This document shows, in pieces, positions 15,001-27,779 of a stretch of 64,000 bases of DNA. A program made the position numbers and the translations under genes. The stretch is from the human T2T-CHM13v2.0 reference genome, Homo sapiens: the NCBI RefSeq assembly GCF_009914755.1, contig NC_060940.1; one strand, written 5' to 3'. The notes beneath the pieces were generated by a model that saw only the letters and a program-made list of their open reading frames with translations, was not told where the DNA came from and made no database searches. Within the stretch, counting starts at the first letter, position 1. Each line of letters starts with the position of its first letter.

Positions 15001-18000
15001 TGATGATGGCATTCGATTCCTTTCGATCATTCCCTTTGATTCCATTCAAAGGTGATTTCATTCAAGTCCATTCGATAATTGCATTCGATTCCATTCTATG
15101 ATGATTCCATTCGAGTCCATTCGATGATTCCATTCGAGTCCATTTAATGATTCCATTGGGTTCAATTCAATGATGATTACATTGGATTCCGTTCTATGAT
15201 TCCATTCAATTCCGTTCATTGACAATTTGATTCCATTCGATGATGATTCCATTTGAGTTCATTCGATGATTCTATTTGATTCTCTTCGATGGTGATTCAA
15301 TTCTATTATATTGGATGATTCCATTCGATTCCATTTGATGTTGATTCAATTCGATTCTATTCGATGATGATTCCATTGGATTTCACTTGATGATTCTATT
15401 CGATTCCATTCAATGATGATTCACTTCTCGTCCATTGGATGATTCCATTTCATTCCATTCGATGATGATTCCATTCGATTCCATTCGATGATTCCATTTG
15501 ATTCCATGCGTCGGTGAGCAATTCGATTCAATTCCATGATGATTCTATTTGATTCAATTAGATGATGTTTCCATTCGAATCCATTCCATGATTATTCCAT
15601 TGGAATCCATTCGGCGATGATTCCATATGAGTCAATTCAATGATGATTCCATATGGGTCCGTTCGATGATAATTCCATTTGATTTCATTCGGTGCTTCTA
15701 TTCAATTCCAGTCGATGATGATTCCGTTGGAGTCCATACGATGATTCCATTTGATTTCATTTGATGATGATTCCATTCGATGATGATTACATTGGATTCC
15801 ATTCTATGATTCCATTCAATTCCATTCGTTGATGATTCGATTCCATTCAATGATGATTCCATTTGAGTTCATTCGATGATTCTATTCGATTCCGTTCGAT
15901 GGTGATTCAATTCTCTTATATTGGATGAATCCACTCGATTCCATTTGATGATTATTCCATTGGAGTCCACTTAGTGAATCCTTCAGATTCTACTCGAAGA
16001 TGATTCCATTCCAGTCCATTCGATGATACCATTCAATTCCATTCGTTGATGCTTCCATTCAAGTGCATTCGATGATATCATTCGATTCCATTTGATGATA
16101 ATTCCATTTGATTCCATGCGATGATTCTATTCGATTCCATTCAATGATAATTCCATTCAGTTCAGTGATTCCTCTGGACTCCATTTGATGATGATTCCAT
16201 TCAATGATTCCATTCGATTCTATTCGAAAATGATTCCATTTGAATCCATTTGATGATGATTCCATTAGATTCCATTTGATGATTCCATTCGATTCCATGC
16301 GACGATGATTCCATTCGATTCCATTTGATGATTCCATTCTATTCTATTCGATGATGATTCCATTCGATTCCATTCGATGATGATTGGATTTGATTCCATT
16401 TGATGATTTCATTTGATTCCATTCGTTAATGATTTCGATCAATTCCATTCGATGATTCCATTCGATTCCATTCGATAATGATTACATCCGTGTCCATTCA
16501 ATGATTCCATTTGAGCCTGTTCGATAATTCCATTTGATTCCAACCAATGATTCCATTCATTTCCATTCAATGATTCCATTCGAGTCCATTTGATCATTCC
16601 GGTAGGGTCCATTCGATGTTGATTCCATTGGAGTGCATTCGATGATTCCATTCGAGTCCATTTTAGGATTTGATTCGAGTCCTTTCGATGATTCCATTCG
16701 ATTCCACTCGATGATGATTTCATTCGAGTCCATTCGACACTTCCAATCGATTCCATTTGATGTTTCCATTCGATTCCAATTGATGATTCCATTCAATTCC
16801 ATTCGATGATGATTCCGTACGATTCCATTCTGTGATGATTCCATGTGATTGCATTCAATGATGATTCCTTTCGATTGCATTCGATTATGATTCATTTCGT
16901 GTTCATTCTATGGTTCCACAGGTTTCCATTCGATGATGTTTCCATTCGTGTCCATTCCATTATTCCTTTCTATTCCATTTGAAGATGATTCCATTCGATT
17001 CCATTCATTGGTGATTCCACTCAATTCCATTCAATGATTCCATTCCATTTCTTTCAACAATGATTCCATTAGTTTCTATTCGATGATCCACTTGATTCCA
17101 TTTGACGATGATTCCATTCGTGTCCATTCGATGATTCCATTTGATTCCATATGATGATGATTCCATTCGATTCCATACGATGATGATTCCATTCGAGTCC
17201 ATTCAATGGTGATTCCATTCAATTCCATTCGATGATTCCTTTCGATTCCATTCAATGATGATGGCATTCGATTCCTTTCGATCATTCCCTTTGATTCCAT
17301 TCAAAGGTGATTTCATTCAAGTCCATTCGATAATTGCATTCGATTCCATTCTATGATGATTCCATTCGAGTCCATTCGATGATTCCATTCGAGTCCATTT
17401 AATGATTCCATTGGGTTCAATTCAATGATGATTACATTGGATTCCGTTCTATGATTCCATTCAATTCCGTTCATTGACAATTTGATTCCATTCGATGATG
17501 ATTCCATTTGAGTTCATTCGATGATTCTATTTGATTCTCTTCGATGGTGATTCAATTCTATTATATTGGATGATTCCATTCGATTCCATTTGATGTTGAT
17601 TCAATTCGATTCTATTCGATGATGATTCCATTGGATTTCACTTGATGATTCTATTCGATTCCATTCAATGATGATTCACTTCTCGTCCATTGGATGATTC
17701 CATTTCATTCCATTCGATGATGATTCCATTCGATTCCATTTGATGATTCCATTTGATTCCATGTGTCGGTGAGCAATTCGATTCAATTCCATGATGATTC
17801 TATTTGATTCAATTAGATGATGTTTCCATTCGAATCCATTCCATGATTATTCCATTGGAATCCATTCGGCGATGATTCCATATGAGTCAATTCAATGATG
17901 ATTCCATATGGGTCCGTTCGATGATAATTCCATTTGATTTCATTCGGTGCTTCTATTCAATTCCAGTCGATGATGATTCCGTTGGAGTCCATACGATGAT

Positions 18001-19631
18001 TCCATTTGATTTCATTTGATGATGATTCCATTCGATGATGATTACATTGGATTCCAGTCTATGATTCCATTCAATTCCATTCGTTGATGATTCGATTCCA
18101 TTCAATGATGATTCCATTTGAGTTCATTCGATGATTCTATTCGATTCCGTTCGATGGTGATTCAATTCTCTTATATTGGATGAATCCACTCGATTCCTTT
18201 TGATGATTATTCCATTGGAGTCCACTTAGTGAATCCTTCAGATTCTACTCGAAGATGATTCCATTCCAGTCCATTCGATGATACCATTCAATTCCATTCG
18301 TTGATGCTTCCATTCAAGTGCATTCGATGATATCATTCGATTCCATTTGATGATAATTCCATTTGATTCCATGCGATGATTCTATTCGATTCCATTCAAT
18401 GATAATTCCATTCAGTTCAGTGATTCCTCTGGACTCCATTTGATGATGATTCCATTCAATGATTCCATTCGATTCTATTCGAAAATGATTCCATTTGAAT
18501 CCATTTGATGATGATTCCATTAGATTCCATTTGATGATTCCATTCGATTCCATGCGACGATGATTCCATTCGATTCCATTTGATGATTCCATTCTATTCT
18601 ATTCGATGATGATTCCATTCGATTCCATTCGATGATGATTGGATTTGATTCCATTTGATGATTTCATTTGATTCCATTCGTTAATGATTTTGATCAATTC
18701 CATTCGATGATTCCATTCGATTCCATTCGATAATGATTACATCCGTGTCCATTCAATGATTCCATTTGAGCCTGTTCGATAATTCCATTTGAGTCCAACC
18801 AATGATTCCATTCATTTCCATTCAATGATTCCATTCGAGTCCATTTGACCATTCCGGTAGGGTCCATTCGATGTTGATTCCATTGGAGTGCATTCGATGA
18901 TTCCATTCGAGTCCATTTTATGATTTGATTCGAGTCCTTTCGATGATTCCATTCGATTCCACTCAATGATGATTTCATTCGAGTCCATTCGACACTTCCA
19001 ATCGATTCCATTTGATGTTTCCATTCGAGTCCAATTGATGATTCCATTCAATTCCATTCGATGATGATTCCGTACGATTCCATTCTGTGATGATTCCATG
19101 TGATTGCATTCAATGATGATTCCTTTAGATTGCATTCGATTGTGATTCATTTCGTCTTCATTCTATGGTTCCACAGGCTTCCATTCGATGACGTTTCCAT
19201 TCGTGTCCATTCCATTATTCCATTCTATTTCATTTGATGATGATTCCATTCGATTCCATTCATTGGTGATTCCACTCAATTCCATTCAATGATTCCATTC
19301 CATTTCTTTCAACAATGATTCCATTAGTTTCTATTCGATGATCCACTTGATTCCATTTGGCGATGATTCCATTCGTGTCCATTCGATGATTCCATTTGAT
19401 TCCATATGATGATGATTCCATTCGATTCCATACCATGATGATTCCATTCGAGTCCATTCAATGGTGATTCCATTCAATTCCATTCGATGATTCCTTCCGA
19501 TTCCATTCGATGATGATGGCATTCGATTCCTTTCAATCATTCCCTTTGATTCCATTCAAAGGTGATTTCATTCAAGTCCATTCGATAATTGCATTCGATT
19601 CCATTCTATGATGATTCCATTCGAGTCCATT
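6078..19631 (+). repeat. Nested tandem array: 6 x 2,255-bp sub-unit of the 6.1-kb repeat
   Basis: Landmarks at 7039, 9294, 11549, 13804, 16059, 18314, each +2255. Copies start at 6078, 8333, 10588, 12843, 15098, 17353 and are bounded by the 24-bp direct repeat ATGATGATTCCATTCGAGTCCATT. Confidence 0.95.
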
Positions 19632-20477
19632 TGATGATTCCATTCAATTCAAGTCAATGATGATTCCATTCGATTCCACTCGATGATTCCATTGGATTCC
19701 ATTCGATGATGATTCCATTCAAATCCATTCGATAATTCAATTCAAGTCCATTCGATGATGATTCCAATCGAATCCATTCAAAGATTCCATTCAATTCCAT
19801 TCGATGATGATTCCCTTAGATTCCATTCGATGATTCCACTTGATTCCATTTACGATGATTCCATTCGATTCCATGTGATGAATCCATTCAATTCTATTCA
19901 ATGATGTTTCCATTTGATTCCATTGGACCATGATTGCCTTTGATTCCATTCAATGATTCCATTCGGTTCCATTTGATGATGATTCCGTTCGATTCCATTT
20001 CATTATTCCATTTGATTCCATTGGATGAGTCCATTCGATTACATTCGATGATTATTCCATTCGAGTGCATTAGATGATTGCATTCGAGTCCATTCGATGA
20101 TTCCATTCGATTCCATTCGATGTTGATTCTGTTCAAATCCATTCGATGATTCCACTCGATTCCATTCGATGACTCCATTTGATCCCATTCGATGATTTCC
20201 TGTGATTCCCTTTGATGATCATTCTATTTGATTCAATTCGGTGATTTCATTTCATTCCATTCAGTGATGTTTCCATTCGACTGTATTCGATGATGATTCC
20301 ATTCGACTCCATTCGATTATGATTTCATTCAATTCCATTCAATAATGATTCCCTTCGAGTCCATTCGATGATTCCATTCGATTCCATTCAACGATGATTT
20401 GATTCGTTTCCATTCGATGATTCCATTTGATTCCACTTGATGATGATTCCATTCGAGTCCATTTGATGATTCCATTC

Positions 20478-22308
20478 GAGTCTATTTATGTATTATATTC
20501 GTGTCCACTTCATGATTCCATTCAATTCCATTTAATGTTGATTCCATTTGATTCCATTTGATGATTCAGTTCGATTCCTTGCAATGATTCCCTACGATTC
20601 CTTTCTATGATGATTCCATTCGATTCCATTCATTGATGATTTCATTCGACTCCATTCGATGATGATTCCTTTCGATTCCATTTGACGATGTTTCCATTCG
20701 AGTCCATTCGATGATGATTCTATTCAATTCTTTTCTATTATGATTCCATTCGATTTCATTCAATGCTTCTATTTGATTCCATTCGATGATGATTCCATCT
20801 CTTTCCCTTCGATGATTCCATTTGATTCCATTGAGTGATGATTCCATTTGATTCCATCTGATGATGATTTCACTTGATTCCTTTCAATGATGATTCAATT
20901 CAAGTCCATTCGATGATTCCATTGGAGTCCAAACGATCATTCCGTTCGATTCCATTCAATGGTGATTCCATTCATGTCCATTCGATGAATCCATTCAATT
21001 CCATTCGATGATGACTCCATTCGAGTACATTCGATGATTCCATTTGATTCCATTTGAAGATGATTCCATTCAATTCCATTCGAAGATGATTCCATTCAAT
21101 TCCATTCGATGATGATTCCGTATGAATCCATTCTCTGATTATTCCATTCGATTCCATTCATTGACGATTCCATTCAATTCCATTCAATGATGATTCTCTT
21201 CTATTCCATTCGATGATTCCGGTCGATTCCATTCGATGATGATTCCATTAGATTCCATTCGATTGTTGCATTCGATTCCCTTCGATGATGATTCCTTTGA
21301 ATTCCATTCGATTATCATTCCGTATGAATCCATTTGATGATTATTCCATTGGATTCCTTTCGATGATGATTCCATTCGATTCCATTTGATGATGTTTCTC
21401 TTGTATTCCATTGGATAATTCCTTTCAGTTCCCTTCGATGATTATTCTTTCGAGTCAATTCGATGATTCTATTCCATTCCCTTCGATGATGATTCCATTT
21501 CACTCCATTTGATGATTCCATTCGACTCAATTTGGTGATGATTCAATTCGATGACATTCGATGACTCCATTCAATTTCATTTGATGATGATTACATTCGA
21601 GTCCATTTGATGATTGTATTCCTTTCCTTTTGATGATTATTCCATTCGTGTCTATTCAAAGGTTCCATTCTATTCCATTCAATGATGATTGCATTTGATT
21701 CCATTCAATGATTATGGCTATCGATTCCACTCGTTGATTCCATTTGATTCCGTTCGATGATTATTCCGTTAGATTCCATTAGAAGATTCCATTCGATTTT
21801 ATTCAATGATTCCAATGGATTCCATTCAATGATGATTCCATTCGACTCCATTCAGTGATTCCATTCGAGTCCATTTGATGATTCCATTCTTTTCCATTTG
21901 ATGATGATTCCATTAGGGTCCATTCAATGATTCCATTCGAGTCCATTCGTTAATGCCTTTCGAGTCCTTTTGATCACTACATTCGAGTCCATTCAATGAT
22001 TCTATTCGATTCCATTCCATGATGATTCCATTCGAGTTCATTCGATGATTGCATTCGAGTCCATTTGATGATTCCATATGATTCCCTTCGACAATGATTC
22101 CATTCGTGTCCATTTGATGATTCCATTCATTTCCTATCGATGAAGATTCCATTCAAGTGTATTCGATGATTCCATTCAAATCCATTCGATGATGATTCCA
22201 TTCCAGTCCATTCGATCATTCCACTTGATTCCATTTGATGACTATTCCATTCAAATCCATTTGATGATTCCATTCGATTCCATTCGATGTCACCATTCGA
22301 GTATATAC
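20478..22308 (+). repeat. Non-canonical 1,831-bp HSat2 block absent from the 6,112-bp unit (full copy)
   Basis: Carries k-mers such as GAGTCTATTTATGTATTATATTCG, GGAGTCCAAACGATC, ATTATGGCTATCG and GATCACTACATTCG that I do not find in 42665-48776. Confidence 0.82.
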
Positions 22309-25300
22309 GATGATTCCACTCGATTCCATTTGATGATTATTCCATTGGAGTCCACTTAGTGAATCCTTTAGATTCTACTGGAAGATGATTCCATTCGAGT
22401 TCATTCGATGATACCATTCAATTCCATTCGTTGATGCTTCCATTCAAGTGCATTCGATGATATCATTCGATTCCATTTGATGATAATTCCATTTGATTCC
22501 ATGCGATGATTCTATTCGATTCCATTCAATAATAATTCCATTCAATTCAGTGATTCCTCTGGACTCCATTTGATGATGATTCCATTCAATGATTCCTTTC
22601 GATTCTATTCGAAAATGATTCCATTTGAATCCATTCGATGATGATTCCATTCGATTCCTTTTGATGATTCCATTCTATTGTATTCGATGATGATTCCATT
22701 CGATTCCATTCGATGATGATTGGATTCGATTCCATTTGATGATTTCATTTGATTCCATTCGATAATGATTTCGATCAATTCCATTCGATGATTCCATTCG
22801 ATTCCATTCGATAATGATTACATCCGAGTCCATTCGATGATTCCATTTGAGCCCGTTCGATAATTCCATTTGAGTCCAATCAATGATTCCATTCATTTCC
22901 ATTCAATGATTCCATTCGAGTCCATTTGATCATTCCGGTAGGGTCCGTTCGATGTTGATTCCATTGGAGTGCATTCGATGATTCCATTCGAGTCCATTTT
23001 AGGATTTGATTCGAGTCCTTTCGATGATTCCATTCGATTCCACTCGATGATTTCATTCGAGTCCATTCGACACTTCCAATCGATTCCATTTGATGATTCC
23101 ATTCGAGTCCAATTGATGATTCCATTCAATTCCATTCGATGATGATTCCGTACGATTCCATTCTGTGATGATTCCATGTGATTGCATTCAATGATGATTC
23201 CTTTCGATTGCATTCGATTATGATTCATTTCGTGTTCATTCTATGGTTCCACAGGTTTCCATTCGATGATGTTTCCATTCGTGTCCATTCCATTATTCCA
23301 TTCTATTCCATTTGAAGATGATTCCATTCGATTCCATTCATTGGTGATTCCACTCAATTCCATTCAATGATTCCATTCCATTTCTTTCAACAATGATTCC
23401 ATTAGTTTCTATTCGATGATCCACTTGATTCCATTTGACGATGATTCCATTCGTGTCCATTCGATGATTCCATTTGATTCCATATGATGATGATTCCATT
23501 CGATTCCATACGATGATGATTCCATTCGAGTCCATTCAATGGTGATTCCATTCAATTCCATTCGATGATTCCTTTCGATTCCATTCAATGATGATGGCAT
23601 TCGATTCCTTTCGATCATTCCCTTTGATTCCATTCAAAGGTGATTTCATTCAAGTCCATTCGATAATTGCATTCGATTCCATTCTATGATGATTCCATTC
23701 GAGTCCATTTGATGATTCCATTCAATTCAAGTCAATGATGATTCCATTCGATTCCACTCGATGATTCCATTGGATTCCATTCGATGATGATTCCATTCAA
23801 ATCCATTCGATAATTCAATTCAAGTCCATTCGATGATGATTCCAATCGAATCCATTCAAAGATTCCACTCAATTCCATTCGATGATGATTCCCTTAGATT
23901 CCATTCGATGATTCCACTTGATTCCATTTACGATGATTCCATTCGATTCCATGTGATGATTCCATTCAATTCTATTCAATGATGTTTCCACTTGATTCCA
24001 TTCGAACATGATTGCCTTTGATTCCATTCAATGATTCCATACGGTTCCATTTGATGATGATTCCATTGGAGTGCATTAGATGATTCCATCCGAGTCCATT
24101 TGATGATTCCATTCGATTCCATTCGATGTTGATTCTGTTCAAATCCATTCGATGATTCCACTCGATTCCATTCGATGACTCCATTTGATCCCATTCGATG
24201 ATTTCCTTTGATTCCCTTTGATGATCATTCCATTTGATTCAATTCGGTGATTTCATTTGATTCCATTCAGTGATGTTTCCATTCAACTCCTTTCGATGAT
24301 GATTCCATTCGACTCCATTCGATTATGACTTCATTCAATTCCATTCGATAATGATTCCCTTCAAGTCCATTCGATGATTCCATTCGATTCCATTCAACGA
24401 TGATTTGATTCGTGTCCATTCGATGATTCCATTTGATTCCATTTGATGATGATTCCATTCGAGTCCCTTTGATGATTCCATTCAATTCCATTCTCCGATG
24501 ATTTCTTTTGAGCCCATTCAATGCTTCCACTCGATTCCATATGATGATGACTCCATTTGATGAAATTCCATGATGATTCCATTCGCTTGCATTCGATGAT
24601 GATTCCACTTGAGTCCGTTAGAAGATTCTATTCAATTACATTCCATGACGATTCTGTTCGAGTCCATTTGATGATTCCATTAGACTCCATTCGACGATGA
24701 TTCCATTCGATGTTATTCGATGATGATTCCATTCAACTCCATTCGATGTTTCCATTCGAGGTCATTCTATTATTCCATTAGATTCCATTCGATGATGATT
24801 CCATTCGATTCCATTTGATGATTGCATTCTATTTCATTTGATGATGATTCCATTCGAGTCCATTCGATGATTCCATTCGAGTCTATTTAATGAATCCATT
24901 GGTTTCAATTCTATGATGATTACATTGGATTCCATTCGTTGATGATTTCATTCGATTCCATTCAATGATGATTCCATTCAATTCCATTCAATGATTCCAT
25001 TCAATTCCATACGATGATGATTCCATTTGATTTGATTCGACAGTGAGCCATTCGATTCAATTCCATGATGATTCTATTTTATTCAATTGGTTGACATTTC
25101 CATTCGATTCCATTCGATGATGATTCCCTTTGATTCCATTCAAAGCTGATTCCATTCTAGCCCATTCAATCATTCCATTCGATTCTATTCAATGATGATT
25201 CCATTCATGTCGATTTGGTGATTCCATTTGACTTCATTTGATGATGATTCTTGTCAAGTTCATTTGATGATTCCATTCGATTCCATTTGATGATGATCCC

Positions 25301-25520
25301 ATTCGAGTCCATTTGATGATTCCACTCGTTTCCATTCCATGATGATTCCATTCCATTCCATTCAATGATTCCATTCGATTCCGTTTGATGATGATTTCAT
25401 TCGAGTCGATTTGATGATTCCATTTGATTCCATTCGATGATGATTACATTCGACTCCATACGATGATTCCACTCAATTCCATATGATGATGATTCCATTC
25501 GATTCCATTCGATGATTCCA
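20609..25520 (+). repeat. Dispersed duplicate, copy 2 of 1-4961
   Basis: Shares private 3-, 72-, 23- and 170-bp deletions and SNVs with 1-4961. Identity ends at 25520. Confidence 0.9.
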
Positions 25521-27779
25521 CTTGATTCCATTTACGATGATTCCATTCTATTCCATGTGATGATTCCATTCAGTTCTATTCAATGCTGTTTCCATTTGAT
25601 TCCATTCGACCATGATTGCCTTTGATTCCATTCAATGACTCCATTCGGTTCCTTTTGATGATGATTCCATTCGATTCCATTTCATTATTCCATTTGATTC
25701 CATTGGATGAGTCCATTCGATTACATTCGATGATTATTCCATTCGAGTGCATTAGATGATTCCATTCGAGTCCATTCGATGATTCCATTCGATTCCATTC
25801 GATGTTGATTCTGTTCAAATCCATTCGATGATTCCACTCGATTCCATTCGATGACTCCAGTTGATCCCATTCGATGATTTCCTTTGATTCCCTTTGATGA
25901 TCATTCCATTTGATTCAATTCGGTGATTTCATTTGATTCCATTCAGTGATGTTTCCATTCGACTCCATTCGATGATGATTCCATTCGACTCCATTCGATT
26001 ATGATTTCATTCAATTCCATTCGATAATGATTCCCTTCGAGTCCATTCGATGATTCCATTCGATTCCATTCAACGATGATTTGATTCGTGTCCATTCGAT
26101 GATTCCATTTGATTCCACTTGATGATGATTCCATTCGAGTCCATTTGATGATTCCATTCAATTCCATTCTCCGATGATTTCTTTTGAGCCCATTCAATGC
26201 TTCCACTCGATTCCATATGATGATGACCCCATTCGATGAAATTCGATGATGATTCCCTTTGATTCCATTCAAAGATGATTCCATTCTAGCCCATTCAATC
26301 ATTCCATTCGATTCTATTCAATGATGATTCCATTCATGTCGATTTGGTGATTCCATTTGACTTCATTTGATGATGATTCCTTTCAAGTTCATTAGATGAT
26401 TCCATTCGATTCCATTTGATGATGATCCCATTGGAGTCCATTCAGTGATTCCATTCGTTTCCATTCCATGATGATTCCATTCCATTCCATTCAATGATTC
26501 CATTCGATTCCGTTTGATGATGATTTCATTCGAGTCCCTTTGATGATTCCATTGGATTCCATTCGATGATGATTCCATTCGAGTCCATTCGATGATTCTA
26601 TTCGAATCCATTTGATGATTTCTTTTGATTATAGTTGGTGATGATTCCATTGGAGTCCATTCAATGATTCCATTCGATTCCAATCGATGGTGATTCCATT
26701 AGAGTCCATTTAACGATTCCATTTGATTCCAGTCTCTGATGATTACATTCGAGTCCATACGATGATTCCACTCAATTCCATATGATGATGATTCCATTCT
26801 ATTCCATTCGATGATTCCATTCTATTCTATTCAATGGTGATTCCATTCGAGTACATTAGATGATTCCATTCGATTCCATTCAATGATGATTCTATTTGTG
26901 TCCCTTAGATGGTTCCACATGATTCCATTTCATGATGATACTATTTGAGCCCATCCAATGATTCCCTTCGATTCCATTCGATGAGGATTCCATTCGATTC
27001 AATTCATTGGTGATTCTATTCAATTCAATTCTTTGATTCCATTCCATTCCATTCGACAATGATTCCATTCGATTTCTTTCGATGATTCCACTCGATTCCA
27101 CTTGACATTGATTCCATTCGATTCCATTCAATGATTCCGTTTGATTCCAGTGGATGATGATTGCCGTCGATTCCATTCGATCACTCCATTCTATTCCATT
27201 TGATGATGATTACATTCGATTCCATTTGATGATTCCATCTGATTCTATTCGAGGATTCCATTTGATTCCATTCGATGATGATTCCATTCGAGTGCATTCG
27301 ATGATTTCATTCGAGTACATCCAATGATTCCATTCGAGTCCATTTGATGATTCCATTTGATTCCATTTGATTATGATTCTACTAGAGTCCATTCAATGAC
27401 TCCATTCGAATCCATTCAACAATTCCATTCGAGGCCATTCGATGATTCCATTTCATGATTCCATTCGAGTCCATTTAATCATTACAGTCGAGTCCATTTG
27501 GTGATTCCACTGGATTTCTTTTGATAATGATACCATTCAATTACATTTGATGATGCTCCCATTCAATTTCATTTGATGGTGATTCCATTAGAGTCCATTT
27601 GATGATTTCATTCGAGTCCCTTCATTGATTCCATCCGATTTCATTGGATGATGACTCCATTCGAGTCCATTCGATGATTCCACTCGATTCCATTAAATGA
27701 TTCCATTGGAGTCCATTTGATTGTTCCATTCGATTCCATTCGATTCCTTTCGAAGATTATTCCATTTGAGTCCATTCGA

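Noticed and set aside
20484-20500. AT-rich TATA-like stretch (ATTTATGTATTATATTC) as a promoter
   Set aside because: It is explicable as a decayed monomer, with no other promoter evidence.
20478-22308. Non-canonical block as a mobile element
   Set aside because: It has no terminal repeats, target-site duplication or coding capacity, it is satellite throughout, and it replaces sequence instead of inserting.
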